Shown here piece by piece: positions 20,180 to 29,518 of a DNA stretch of 64,000 nt. Location of the stretch: NCBI GenBank assembly GCA_964654145.1, contig CAZZHI010000001.1:9956-73955 (forward strand), in the 5' to 3' direction. The position numbers and the translations under genes were made by a program. The notes under the pieces are model-generated. The model saw only the letters and a program-made list of their open reading frames with translations, did not search any database and was not told the DNA's origin. Numbering within the stretch: position 1 is the stretch's first letter; every line of letters begins with the position of its first letter. The stretch is from an uncultured Candidatus Saccharibacteria bacterium. GTDB taxonomy: Bacteria > Patescibacteriota > Andersenbacteria > UBA10190.

Positions 20180-20941
20180 TCAAATGTTTGGAGGATTAGC
20201 CTCTAGGTGCAATGTCTTTTTTACAATAATTTGCTGAGCGATTCCAAATAACGTAGAAACTGTCCAATATAACGCGAGTGCCGCTGGCAAACGAAGGGCG
20301 ATAAAGATCGTCATAGCAGGGAATATGTAGGTCATATTTTTCTGCATTGATGCCATCATTTTTGCCGCCTCTTCATTTCCCGCAGGCTGGGACTGTTGCT
20401 GGGGAGCTAAATATTTCATTTGGATAAACTGAAATACCCCGGCTATCACACCTATAACAAGACTTGGGGTGCTAAGATTTACACCTAAAAACAAAAAGCT
20501 GAGTGATGTTGGCTTTTCTACAAAAGAATAAAGATAGTGATATATCTCAGGGGTTAAGCCAGAGAAAAATACTTGGTACAGAGCAATTAACACAGGGAGC
20601 TGAACAATGAGTGGCAGGCACCCGCTTGCCGGATTAATGCCAGCCTCGCGATACACCTTCATCGTTTCCTCTGCTTGCTTTGCTTTATCGTCTTTATGCT
20701 TTCTTTTTAACTCATCTAACCTGCCTTGTACCTGCTTCATTTTTTCCTGATTTTTCCTCATTGCAGTCGCTTGGTGTAAAAAGGAGGGGAGGAGCACAAG
20801 CCGAACAATGATAGTGACTGCAATAATAGCCCATCCAACACTATGGCCAGGCAAGACGTTCGTAACCCCGACTAAAAGATTTAATAAGGGGCGAAACAAA
20901 ACCTCTGTATAAAGAGCGCTAGGGAGTGATGTAATATTCAT
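20180..20941 (-). CDS. yidC: Membrane protein insertase YidC
   Basis: GWAIIAVTIIVRL, INPASGCLPLIVQLP, LALYW. Confidence 0.95.
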   Translation of the reverse strand: MNITSLPSALYTEVLFRPLLNLLVGVTNVLPGHSVGWAIIAVTIIVRLVLLPSFLHQATAMRKNQEKMKQVQGRLDELKRKHKDDKAKQAEETMKVYREAGINPASGCLPLIVQLPVLIALYQVFFSGLTPEIYHYLYSFVEKPTSLSFLFLGVNLSTPSLVIGVIAGVFQFIQMKYLAPQQQSQPAGNEEAAKMMASMQKNMTYIFPAMTIFIALRLPAALALYWTVSTLFGIAQQIIVKKTLHLEANPPNI

Positions 20942-20959
20942 AATATATTTTTCTGGTAA

Positions 20960-21223
20960 TTAAGGACGCTTTACGGGGTCATAACCCCCTTTATGGAACG
21001 GGTGGCACCGAAGCACCCTTTTTACTCCGATACTAATTCCAGAAAGACCATATAGTGAGATTGCCTCTTTTGTATAGTCCGAGCAAGTTGGCTCAAACCT
21101 ACAAACCGGCCCAATAAATAGCTTTAACGGACCATGATCCGGCGAGAGTGTTTTTTGGTATACCCGTATACACAGTATACACAACGAACTTATTGCATTA
21201 ACCACACTCTCTTTAAAAGGCAT
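20960..21223 (-). CDS. yidD: Membrane protein insertion efficiency factor YidD
   Basis: YQKTLSPDHG, CRFEPTCSDY, RCHPFHKGGYDPV. Confidence 0.93.
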   Translation of the reverse strand: MPFKESVVNAISSLCILCIRVYQKTLSPDHGPLKLFIGPVCRFEPTCSDYTKEAISLYGLSGISIGVKRVLRCHPFHKGGYDPVKRP

Positions 21224-21533
21224 GTGAAATTTCCCGGGCAATATCCTGAACCTTCATAAAACGAATTTCGGGAGTTGTTGCCACTATTACAATATCTAAT
21301 TGCTCTTGTTTTATATCTAAAAACTTACAGGCGGCCCGTATTTTTCTCTGCACAGAATGTCTCACCACAGCGCTCTTATGAACTTTCTTCCCAGCAATAC
21401 AAGCAAAGCGAAGAGCGCCCACATTCGAGGGCGCTATATATACAGAAGCTATATTCGTTCGAATTCGAGCCCCCGTTGTAACCACCCTTTTAATATCAGA
21501 ATCAGCAGATAGACGATTCTTAAAAGGGAGCAT
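21213..21533 (-). CDS. rnpA: RNase P protein component
   Basis: MLPFKNRL, KKVHKSAVVRHSVQRKIR (RNR motif variant); position between rpmH and yidD. Confidence 0.88.
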   Translation of the reverse strand: MLPFKNRLSADSDIKRVVTTGARIRTNIASVYIAPSNVGALRFACIAGKKVHKSAVVRHSVQRKIRAACKFLDIKQEQLDIVIVATTPEIRFMKVQDIAREISHAF

Positions 21534-21535
21534 TA

Positions 21536-21673
21536 TTACATTTTTGGAATAAGCCGAGCTCTGCCGCGCTTTCTCCTGCGCGCAAGAACGTTTGGACTTT
21601 TCCTTTTTCGGGCAAGAAATCCAAATCTTCGCGCCCGACGGCGCTTACTTGGTTGGTAGGTTCGTTTTGGCAT
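21536..21673 (-). CDS. rpmH: 50S ribosomal protein L34 (absent from ORF track, 45 aa)
   Basis: Manual translation MPKRTYQPSKRRRARRFGFLARKRKSPNVLARRRKRGRARLIPKM. Confidence 0.95.
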   Translation of the reverse strand: MPKRTYQPSKRRRARRFGFLARKRKSPNVLARRRKRGRARLIPKM

Positions 21674-21679
21674 GTGATG

Positions 21680-21708
21680 ATGATGACGTATTCATTAAAA
21701 CAAGTCAA
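21680..21708 (-). promoter_or_regulatory. rpmH promoter, apparently leaderless
   Basis: TTGACT-17 nt-CATCAT-6 nt-ATG on minus strand. Confidence 0.5.
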
Positions 21709-21728
21709 GACCGGGGCTGTATTACAAA

Positions 21729-21795
21729 CTTTCCACAAATTATCAACACCTTTTCCACACTTTGAGGCTTAAGCCCCTTTCTTAACTGTGGATAA
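21729..21795. promoter_or_regulatory. DnaA boxes upstream of dnaA
   Basis: CTTTCCACA 21729, TTATCAACA 21740, TTTTCCACA 21751, perfect reverse TGTGGATAA 21787-21795. Confidence 0.8.
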
Positions 21796-21818
21796 CCATG
21801 ATACGCTATTTTTCGTAT

Positions 21819-23222
21819 ATGAAAGATGCTCAAATATGGAAAGTCGCACTCGATCAGCTTGAGCTTAAAGTAAGCCAGGGGAACTTCCTTACTTGGTTCC
21901 GGAATACTAGCATTAAAGAAAGGAATGGAAGCACATTACTCATAGAAACAAAAAACCCATTCGCATACGAATGGCTATCTAAAAAATATCGTCCTATTAT
22001 CCTAGAGACTCTTCAGGGTATTGATTCTAAAATTTCAGATGTTAAGTTTTGTATCGCATCAAAAAGCACAGAAAAAAGAATTATTAAAAAAAATATCCGT
22101 GTCATTGCCCAAAAAAACGCCTCCGCAAGCTCAATAGGTACATCTTTATCAGGAACACCCTCAAATACAGTCCAAGAATCATCAAAAGATCATCCATCAT
22201 CACTTCCATTTAATAAAAATTATACTTTCGACACATTCGTTGTTGGCACAAGTAATGAAATTGCCCACGCGGCTTGCCGCGCGGTTGCCGCACGCCCCGG
22301 GGAAGCGTATAACCCTCTCTTTATTTATGGGGGAGTAGGATTAGGTAAAACACACCTCCTCCAAGCTGTTGGTAATACTATAAAAGAAGCTAATCCAAAC
22401 TTTACTGTCCTATATGTTGCTTCGGAAAAATTCGCAAATGAATTCGTGGAATCCCTCCAAGAGCACACTACCCAACAATTTAAAAAAAGGTATAGAAATA
22501 TAGATGTTCTTATTATTGACGATGTTCAATTTTTTGCCGGTAAAGACAAAACACAAGAAGAGCTCTTTTATACATTTAACGCGCTTCATAGCCAAAACAA
22601 ACAACTTATCTTAAGTAGCGATCGACCACCTAGCGCAATCCCTACACTCCAGGAACGATTATCATCCAGACTTTCAGCTGGAATGATTGCTGATATTAAA
22701 AAACCAGATTACGAAACTCGCCTCGCAATACTTCAGGAAAAAAGAGACTTACGAAATATTCCAATAGACCAAGACGCATTAGTATTTATCGCTAAGAATA
22801 TTCAAAGTAATGTAAGGGAATTAGAGGGTGCCCTTAACAGAGTTGCGGCATACTGCGAACTCCATAAAGAACGAGCAACTGTAGAGTATACAAAACATAT
22901 CCTTAAAGACATTTTAGAAAAACCCCAAAGAAAAACTATAAACGTAGAAGATTTAATTGCCGCAGTTAGCTCTTACTATAACGTCCCCAACACTGAACTA
23001 AGGGGGAAGTCTAGAAAAAAAGAAATTGTGCGCCCCCGCCAAGTTGCTATGTACCTCCTCAGAAAAGAAAGTAGTATGTCGTTCCCATCTATTGGTAACC
23101 ACTTTAGTGGAAGAGACCACACTACAGCTATGCACGCTTGTGAAAAAATAGAAAAACTTATAGAGCACGATGAGGAACTCTCTCGAGAGATCGGCTTCCT
23201 CCGAGAAAGAATATATGCCTAG
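21819..23222 (+). CDS. dnaA: Chromosomal replication initiator DnaA
   Basis: YTFDTFVVG, YNPLFIYGGVGLGKTHL, IDDVQF, RELEGAL, RDHTT; start 21819 or 21798. Confidence 0.98.
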   Translation: MKDAQIWKVALDQLELKVSQGNFLTWFRNTSIKERNGSTLLIETKNPFAYEWLSKKYRPIILETLQGIDSKISDVKFCIASKSTEKRIIKKNIRVIAQKNASASSIGTSLSGTPSNTVQESSKDHPSSLPFNKNYTFDTFVVGTSNEIAHAACRAVAARPGEAYNPLFIYGGVGLGKTHLLQAVGNTIKEANPNFTVLYVASEKFANEFVESLQEHTTQQFKKRYRNIDVLIIDDVQFFAGKDKTQEELFYTFNALHSQNKQLILSSDRPPSAIPTLQERLSSRLSAGMIADIKKPDYETRLAILQEKRDLRNIPIDQDALVFIAKNIQSNVRELEGALNRVAAYCELHKERATVEYTKHILKDILEKPQRKTINVEDLIAAVSSYYNVPNTELRGKSRKKEIVRPRQVAMYLLRKESSMSFPSIGNHFSGRDHTTAMHACEKIEKLIEHDEELSREIGFLRERIYA

Positions 23223-23462
23223 TGTGAGTAAATTGTGGGTAACCACACACCTAGTGAGGAAAACCTGTGTGCATATAATAAAGTTTTCCCAAACCATCCC
23301 CAGTTCCTATATTTTTCCACACAGAAAATCCACAGATCTACAAAAAATATCCACATCTTTTCCAATGAGCAAGTATCTGTGTAAAGCCTTTTTATCCCCT
23401 TATCCCCAGATTTTCTCCTTACTACAATAACGTATAACTAACTTTTATATTATTACGGCCTT
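23223..23462. other. Probable replication origin oriC
   Basis: Dense DnaA-box-like 9-mers (23234, 23313, 23326, 23347, 23392, 23400), then TTA-CTA-CAA-TAA and an AT-rich tract; + strand changes from C-rich to G-rich here. Confidence 0.85.
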
Positions 23463-24569
23463 ATGAAATTCACATGTACGCAGGAAAACTTACTTCGAGG
23501 GGTCTCACAAGTTGCTCCAATAGCGGGTCGGAACGCTCAGCTTCCAATTCTGCAAAATATTCTTCTTCAGGTTCAAAATAATACACTAGCACTTACAACA
23601 ACTGATTTAGAGATAGGTATTAAAACTCAAATAGGTGGAAAGATGGAAGAAGATGGAAGTTGTGTTCTCCCTGCTAAAAGGTTTATGGAGTATGTTCAGC
23701 AACTTCCTAAGACAAACCCCATAACACTAGAAAAGAAGGAGGGTAAGGTTTTTGTTACCACAAAAGGATTTCGTGCTCAGTTTTTATCTGCTGATCCTGA
23801 AGAATACCCACTTCTTCCTGAAAATGTAAAAGATGACCCTATTACTATTAATGCAAAGATGTTTTGCGGCGCTATAAGTCAAACAATATTTTCTGCAACA
23901 CGGGAAGAGACAAGGCCTGAAATTAGGAGTGTGTATATAGTGTGGAAAGATGGAGGAATACACGTTGCTGCAACAGATAGTTTTCGACTCGCAGAGTATA
24001 CGGCCGCACTCCAGTCTTCTGATGATGGTGTGTCTCTTTTATTACCACTAGCTTCAGCCCAAGAGGTTGTTCGACTGTTTCATGAACAGGAGAGTATTCG
24101 TATCGCACTTTATGATAATTACGTTTCATTTGAAAGTGGTGGTATTGAGCTTACTTCGCGTCTTGTTGATGGTAAATATCCAAACTATGAAGATATTATC
24201 CCTACAAGTCATACAACAAAAATACAGATAGGTAGGGATGATTTATTACGAGCATTAAAAACACTATCCGTTTTTCTTCCAAAAGAATCACGTAGGGTCT
24301 CTTTGGAAATTCGTCCAGTAAAAGGTGAGGTTCTACTACGTGTTGCTGGGGGTGATGTGGGGCAGGGTGACGTTATTATTAGTGTTGAGGGTGAAGGTGA
24401 AGATGTGAATGTGTTGGTGAATATTCAATATCTTATAGATGGAATATCTCATTTTTCAGGAGATGTTTGTGAAGGGTTCTTTTTAGGGGCTTTTGATCCG
24501 GTTGTTTTTCGAAGGCAGAGTAAGGATGATGCGTATTTATATGTAATTATGCCAATTCAGGCCCAATAG
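23463..24569 (+). CDS. dnaN: DNA polymerase III beta clamp
   Basis: TDLEIGI, ATDSFRLA, SRLVDGKYPNYEDIIP, YVIMPI. Confidence 0.97.
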   Translation: MKFTCTQENLLRGVSQVAPIAGRNAQLPILQNILLQVQNNTLALTTTDLEIGIKTQIGGKMEEDGSCVLPAKRFMEYVQQLPKTNPITLEKKEGKVFVTTKGFRAQFLSADPEEYPLLPENVKDDPITINAKMFCGAISQTIFSATREETRPEIRSVYIVWKDGGIHVAATDSFRLAEYTAALQSSDDGVSLLLPLASAQEVVRLFHEQESIRIALYDNYVSFESGGIELTSRLVDGKYPNYEDIIPTSHTTKIQIGRDDLLRALKTLSVFLPKESRRVSLEIRPVKGEVLLRVAGGDVGQGDVIISVEGEGEDVNVLVNIQYLIDGISHFSGDVCEGFFLGAFDPVVFRRQSKDDAYLYVIMPIQAQ

Positions 24570-24570
24570 T

Positions 24571-25635
24571 ATGAAGGTTAAATCATTATCCGCGCATCAG
24601 TTTAGAAATTTTGCGCATTTTCAGCCAATAGTTTTTCCAGAAGCGCCACTTCTTGTTGTTTTGGCCCCAAATGCGAGCGGAAAAACTAATTTTTTAGAAG
24701 CGGTTGTTATGCTTTTGCGCGGGAAGTCCTTCCGAGCATCTGCGGAGGAGTGTGTTATGGCTGGATCGGACAATTTTATTGTTCGTGGTGATGTTGGGGG
24801 TAGTGAGGGGGATGTGGGACTTATGGTTTCTTACACTATCCCAACTCGAAGTATTAAAATACAAGAAAATAATACTCCTATTTCCCCGGTAACGTTTTTG
24901 GGTCATTATCCTCTTGTACTTTTTTTACCCGAAGATGCATTTCTTTTTAATCGTGGACCTGCTGGTCGAAGAAATTTTATTAACACCTCACTTGCTGGTA
25001 ATAGGCAATATCTTGCTAGTGTTGTTCAGTATCATAGGGCGCTTCGGCAGCGAAATTCTGCCCTAAAGAGTGCAAGTAAAATAGAGGATGTAGAAGTGTG
25101 GACTGATCTTTTAGTAGAGCATGCGAAGGTTATATGGGCGCACCGAGAGGTGTTTGGGAATTATCTTACAGAGAATACTCCAGTTATTTATAAGGATTTA
25201 TTTCAGGAGAGTCTTGATATAAAAGTCTCGTTTATTCCAGGAGTTGCTCAAGTAGATTCTTTTCGTGAATTACTTTCACAAGCTTGGGGGTATGAAAAAA
25301 GATATAAGTATACAATGTATGGCCCTCATCGAGATGATATTGTTGTGCATGTTAATAATAAGCCCGCGGAATCAGTTATGTCCCGAGGTCAGTTACGAGG
25401 ATTGGTTATATCTATGAAGGTTGCTGCCTATGGCTATATGAAGCAACTTTTAGGGCAAGACCCATTACTTTTATTTGATGAAGTATTAAGTGAATTGGAT
25501 CCTGATCGCCAAAAAAGCCTTCTACAACACCTACCTGCAACACAGACAATTCTTACATGTACAACAATTCCAGAAGAGGTTAAAAAAAGGGATAATGTAT
25601 TTGTTTTAGATGTTAGGCCTCTTGTCTCACCCTAG
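24571..25635 (+). CDS. recF: DNA replication/repair protein RecF
   Basis: FRN, PNASGKTNFLEA, GPAGRRNF, GPHRDD, SRGQ, LLFDEVLSELD. Confidence 0.92.
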   Translation: MKVKSLSAHQFRNFAHFQPIVFPEAPLLVVLAPNASGKTNFLEAVVMLLRGKSFRASAEECVMAGSDNFIVRGDVGGSEGDVGLMVSYTIPTRSIKIQENNTPISPVTFLGHYPLVLFLPEDAFLFNRGPAGRRNFINTSLAGNRQYLASVVQYHRALRQRNSALKSASKIEDVEVWTDLLVEHAKVIWAHREVFGNYLTENTPVIYKDLFQESLDIKVSFIPGVAQVDSFRELLSQAWGYEKRYKYTMYGPHRDDIVVHVNNKPAESVMSRGQLRGLVISMKVAAYGYMKQLLGQDPLLLFDEVLSELDPDRQKSLLQHLPATQTILTCTTIPEEVKKRDNVFVLDVRPLVSP

Positions 25636-25643
25636 CTATTTAT

Positions 25644-25919
25644 ATGGCACTTGAGCTAATTTCGGATTTATTTACCGACAGGGAGGGTATTATTGCTCCT
25701 CAGGATATCCAGTATAGTGTTGAGAGATTTTTACAAGACCAGCTTCACACTGAAAAAATTCGTTGTCGGGTAGTTGGAGCCTCTTTGGGGGTTGAGGTTA
25801 GGGTTGGTAGCCCTGCGCTCGCAGAAGCTGTTTTAATTCGAGAAGAGAGTGTGAGGCGAAATATTCAAAAAGGTTTAGGGTGTTCTCTTGGTGATATGAA
25901 GGTTATACTTGATGTGTAA
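25644..25919 (+). CDS. DciA/DUF721-like helicase-loading factor
   Basis: Position after recF; VEVRVGSPALAEAVLIREESVRRNIQKGLG pattern. Confidence 0.6.
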   Translation: MALELISDLFTDREGIIAPQDIQYSVERFLQDQLHTEKIRCRVVGASLGVEVRVGSPALAEAVLIREESVRRNIQKGLGCSLGDMKVILDV

Positions 25920-25922
25920 TAT

Positions 25923-26630
25923 ATGAAACGAATTGTTATTGATATTGAAACAGTGGGGCGAGATTTTGAGTTATTTGATGAGATTACAAAAGCGGATGTA
26001 CGAGCAAGGCTAAAGGCGGATCCTGGTACCCCGGAATACGAAGAGGAACTCCAAGCGGCTACCCAAGAATTGCAATTCTCCCCTCTTTTAGGAGAGATTG
26101 TGGTTATTGGGGCTTACGATATTGATAAGGGTACGGGAGTTGTTTCGTTTCAGGCTCCCGAAAAAGAGATTGGGGATGTTGTTGAAGGTAGTATTACGTA
26201 CAAGCAGAGGACTGAAAAAAGCATGCTAGAGGCCTTTTGGGGCGGAATTGGTGAGTATGATGAGTGTATTACGTTTAATGGTAGGGGGTTTGATATTCCG
26301 TATATTATTGCGCGGTCTGGAATTAATAATGTTCACGTAACTAGGGATCTTATGAGTAATCGGTTTAATAATAAGTCGTGGGGCGGAATGCTTCATACAG
26401 ATCTTTATGATCAGTTGCGGTATTACGGGTCTGTGCAACGGGCTGGTAGCCTACACCTTTGGACGCAGGCTATGGGAATTGAAAGCCCTAAAGGGGGTTC
26501 AATCGCTGGTAAGGAGGTAGGTCAGGCGTTCCGTGATGGTAGGGGGTTTGAAATTGCGCAATATAATGCGCGGGATTTAATTGCAACAGCTGAGCTCTAC
26601 AAGCGTTGGAAAGAATACATGCAACCGTAG
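25923..26630 (+). CDS. DEDD 3'-5' exonuclease (PolB-exo/RNase H-like)
   Basis: IDIET, TFNGRGFDIPY, HTDL, YNARD. Confidence 0.85.
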   Translation: MKRIVIDIETVGRDFELFDEITKADVRARLKADPGTPEYEEELQAATQELQFSPLLGEIVVIGAYDIDKGTGVVSFQAPEKEIGDVVEGSITYKQRTEKSMLEAFWGGIGEYDECITFNGRGFDIPYIIARSGINNVHVTRDLMSNRFNNKSWGGMLHTDLYDQLRYYGSVQRAGSLHLWTQAMGIESPKGGSIAGKEVGQAFRDGRGFEIAQYNARDLIATAELYKRWKEYMQP

Positions 26631-26646
26631 GTTTGCCTCTTGGGGC

Positions 26647-29475
26647 TTATTCAATAGTAATTGTGTGGGTTGATGATTGTGTGCTGTTTCCGGTTTTGTC
26701 GTATGCAACAGCATAGAGGCGGTATGTTCCTGGCCCTGGGGATGTTTGCCATGTAGAGTCATAGCGGTTTGGGTTTGATGAAGTTGGACTCGTGATGCGA
26801 ACTGCTCGTTGTGTACTCGTACTATCTTCTTTTGAGTACAGTACGTCTACAAAGTCGACTCCACTTGCGTCTGTTGCTGTTGTTTTAATAGTAAAGGGAA
26901 AGGCTGATTCCTTGATTTTGCTATTATTACCAGGTGTGTGAAGGGTGATTTTAGGGGCAGAGCTGTCAGGGTTGATTATAAATGTTCGATGAGCAACTCC
27001 AATAAGGCTATCTTCGGTGATCGCCTGTATGATAAGCGTTTTTCTACCCGAGAATGAAGAGGGGAATGAGAGGGAGGCTTCGTATGGCTCACCGGCTTTT
27101 CGGGAGGCTATTTCTTGCCCATCTACTAAGAAGCGCACAGTTTTTAGTGGGTGGCTAGATTCTATTTCTGCTACAATTTTTGTCGGACTTTCTTTTAGAA
27201 TTGTTTCACTTGGTGATGCAATCCTAACCTTTGGAAGCTCTTCACTACTCCCAATATTACAAGAAGGGGTTGGAAGTGATGTCACATATAGCGGTTCCGC
27301 AGGGTCATCTTTTTTCTCTTCGTTATGCTTTGCTGCCCATGCGGCAATCGCTGCTTCCCAGTTATTAAATTGAGGATCTGCTTCTGCCTGGGCTGGAGGT
27401 TGTCCATTTGGGTCTCCTTTTCGCGTGTAAAATAGGATGCTATGAATTTCTTTAAAGGTCCGTATTTGGCCAACGTTTATTGGGCAGTCTACTGTGTAGA
27501 GAGTTTGAGTTTCTGCTACCCATTTTCCCTTCACTTCAGGCATTTTTCCATCGATTATTCCATTTGGCGCAGGCTCTTGGGGTTCGGGGTTTGTAAATTG
27601 TTCAATTGGAGTTCCCTCTAGTGCTTTTTTCATAAAAGCATTCCAGATTGGGGCTGCGGTGTGGGCCCCTGCTGACTTACCGTTCATTGGGGAGTTGTCA
27701 TTATTTCCCGTCCAAACCCCTGCAACTAGGGATGGGGTGTAGCCAACGGTCCATCCGTCTCTAAAATCTTGAGTAGTTCCTGTTTTTGCCGCCGCCGGGC
27801 GTGCTCCTAGCTGAAGTGGGCTGTTTGTGCCGAATACAATCGATCGAGCATTGTTATCAGATAGTACATTCGTTACTGTTCTCGCAACTTGTGGATCGAG
27901 CGCTGATGTTCCTTGCACTGGATTTTTTTCTGCATCAAAGAGCGTCTCGTCTCCATGTTCTACTTTTAGGATTGCTCGAGGGGGGAGTTTTGTTCCCTCG
28001 TTTGCAAATACTCCATATGCGCTTGTTATATCGAGCAAACGCACCTCTCCTCCTCCAAGAACGAGCGATAAGCCATATCGATCTGGGTCTGTCAGTGTTG
28101 AGAGGCCCATCGCCTGCGCTAAGTTTATAGAATTCTTTACGCCAGCGAGGTATAAGGTTTTTACTGCAGGAATGTTAAACGAATTTCCTAAAGAAGACCG
28201 CATGGAGACAGGCCCTTTTTGGGAGAGGTCATAGTTTTTAGGAATGTACCCTTGGCCGAAATCTGTCTCAGCGTCTATGAGGATTGTTTCAGGCCTGTAG
28301 CCCTCTTGGAATGCCGCAGCATATATAAAAGGCTTGATAGATGACCCTGGGGATCGTAATCGAATCGCTACGTTTACGTTCCCATCAATTTCTTTATCGA
28401 AATAGTCCATTGAGCCAACCATCGCGAGAATATCTCCAGTCTTAGGGTTTATTGCAACCAGTGATGCATTTTTTGCGCCACCAGCTTTCAGGCGATCCCT
28501 GTAATTTTTCATCGCGTCTTCAGCGGCTTTTTGAAGGCGCATATCTAGCGATGTAATAACTTTTAACCCCCCTTGCCCAACAACCCGCTCTCCGTATTCC
28601 TGTTCAAGGAGCTCTTTTATATAAAAGACAAAATGAGGCGCTTGGATGTTTTCAGATGCGGCTTGGAATGAAAGGGTCTCTTTCTTCGCCTGTTCCGCTT
28701 CTTCTTTACTGATCATTCCAAGATCTGCCATGCGGCCAATAATATATTCTTGGCGAGACTTTAGATCATCCATGTGTGACCCGTAAGGGGAGTATCGCGT
28801 AGGCGCTTGGGGCATGGCTGCGAGCGTGGCGGCTTGAGCAATTGTAAGGTTCTGTGATGAAATTCCGAAGAATGTTTGAGCTGCCGCTTCTATCCCATAC
28901 GATCTGCTCCCGTAAGGAATGGCATTGAGGTACATTTCTAAAATCTCATCTTTTGAAAATCGTTGCTCAAGTTCTATCGCAAGCACAGCCTCTTTAACCT
29001 TTCGCTGAAGGGTTCTTTCTGGTGAGAGGATGGAATTTTTAATAAGCTGTTGCGTAATAGTGGAGCCTCCTTGAGCTCTTTGGCCGCTTAGGGGTTTTAA
29101 GATTACACCTCTAATTAAACCGCTCAACTTGATTCCTCGGTGCTCATAAAATTTGTCATCTTCTGCAGCAAGGGTTGCCTTTGCTACGTAGGATGAAATA
29201 TTCGAAAGTTTTACATATGTGCGTTTCGCCTCTCCTATTTCGTATAAGAGGTTTTTTCCAGTTGAGTCATATATTTTTGTGGACTCATTTATTGGGCCTT
29301 GTTGAATATTACTCGGATCTGGCAAATCTCGACTCCACCAAAGAACCGTTCCTGCGGATACAAGAAGTAATACCCCGGCCGCGGTAAGGGCTTTGGGAAT
29401 CATTTTTCTGGAAAACAGTCGGTGGAATAAAATGGCGCCAATATGAGTATGTCTATTGTATCGCCTTGTTGGCAT
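26647..29475 (-). CDS. Class A penicillin-binding protein (PBP1A) with C-terminal Ig-like domains
   Basis: EDDKFYEHRG, QGGSTITQQL, RKVKE, SPGSSIKP, SFN, KTGT; Big-like tail. Confidence 0.95.
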   Translation of the reverse strand: MPTRRYNRHTHIGAILFHRLFSRKMIPKALTAAGVLLLVSAGTVLWWSRDLPDPSNIQQGPINESTKIYDSTGKNLLYEIGEAKRTYVKLSNISSYVAKATLAAEDDKFYEHRGIKLSGLIRGVILKPLSGQRAQGGSTITQQLIKNSILSPERTLQRKVKEAVLAIELEQRFSKDEILEMYLNAIPYGSRSYGIEAAAQTFFGISSQNLTIAQAATLAAMPQAPTRYSPYGSHMDDLKSRQEYIIGRMADLGMISKEEAEQAKKETLSFQAASENIQAPHFVFYIKELLEQEYGERVVGQGGLKVITSLDMRLQKAAEDAMKNYRDRLKAGGAKNASLVAINPKTGDILAMVGSMDYFDKEIDGNVNVAIRLRSPGSSIKPFIYAAAFQEGYRPETILIDAETDFGQGYIPKNYDLSQKGPVSMRSSLGNSFNIPAVKTLYLAGVKNSINLAQAMGLSTLTDPDRYGLSLVLGGGEVRLLDITSAYGVFANEGTKLPPRAILKVEHGDETLFDAEKNPVQGTSALDPQVARTVTNVLSDNNARSIVFGTNSPLQLGARPAAAKTGTTQDFRDGWTVGYTPSLVAGVWTGNNDNSPMNGKSAGAHTAAPIWNAFMKKALEGTPIEQFTNPEPQEPAPNGIIDGKMPEVKGKWVAETQTLYTVDCPINVGQIRTFKEIHSILFYTRKGDPNGQPPAQAEADPQFNNWEAAIAAWAAKHNEEKKDDPAEPLYVTSLPTPSCNIGSSEELPKVRIASPSETILKESPTKIVAEIESSHPLKTVRFLVDGQEIASRKAGEPYEASLSFPSSFSGRKTLIIQAITEDSLIGVAHRTFIINPDSSAPKITLHTPGNNSKIKESAFPFTIKTTATDASGVDFVDVLYSKEDSTSTQRAVRITSPTSSNPNRYDSTWQTSPGPGTYRLYAVAYDKTGNSTQSSTHTITIE

Positions 29476-29518
29476 AGGGGTATTATAGCATGTCTTGGCA
29501 ACGTCTTTGTGTCAATGT

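Noticed and set aside
21675-21686. TGA/GAT triplet run as DnaA-trios
   Set aside because: Wrong polarity for 3'-GAT-5' trios, and it coincides with the rpmH -10 region
21520-21738. 72-aa ORF in the track
   Set aside because: Off-frame shadow of rpmH (21536-21673)
23170-23430. 86-aa ORF between dnaA and dnaN
   Set aside because: Translation of the DnaA-box array (LWVT, FPH, IST, YPQ); origin DNA rather than a gene
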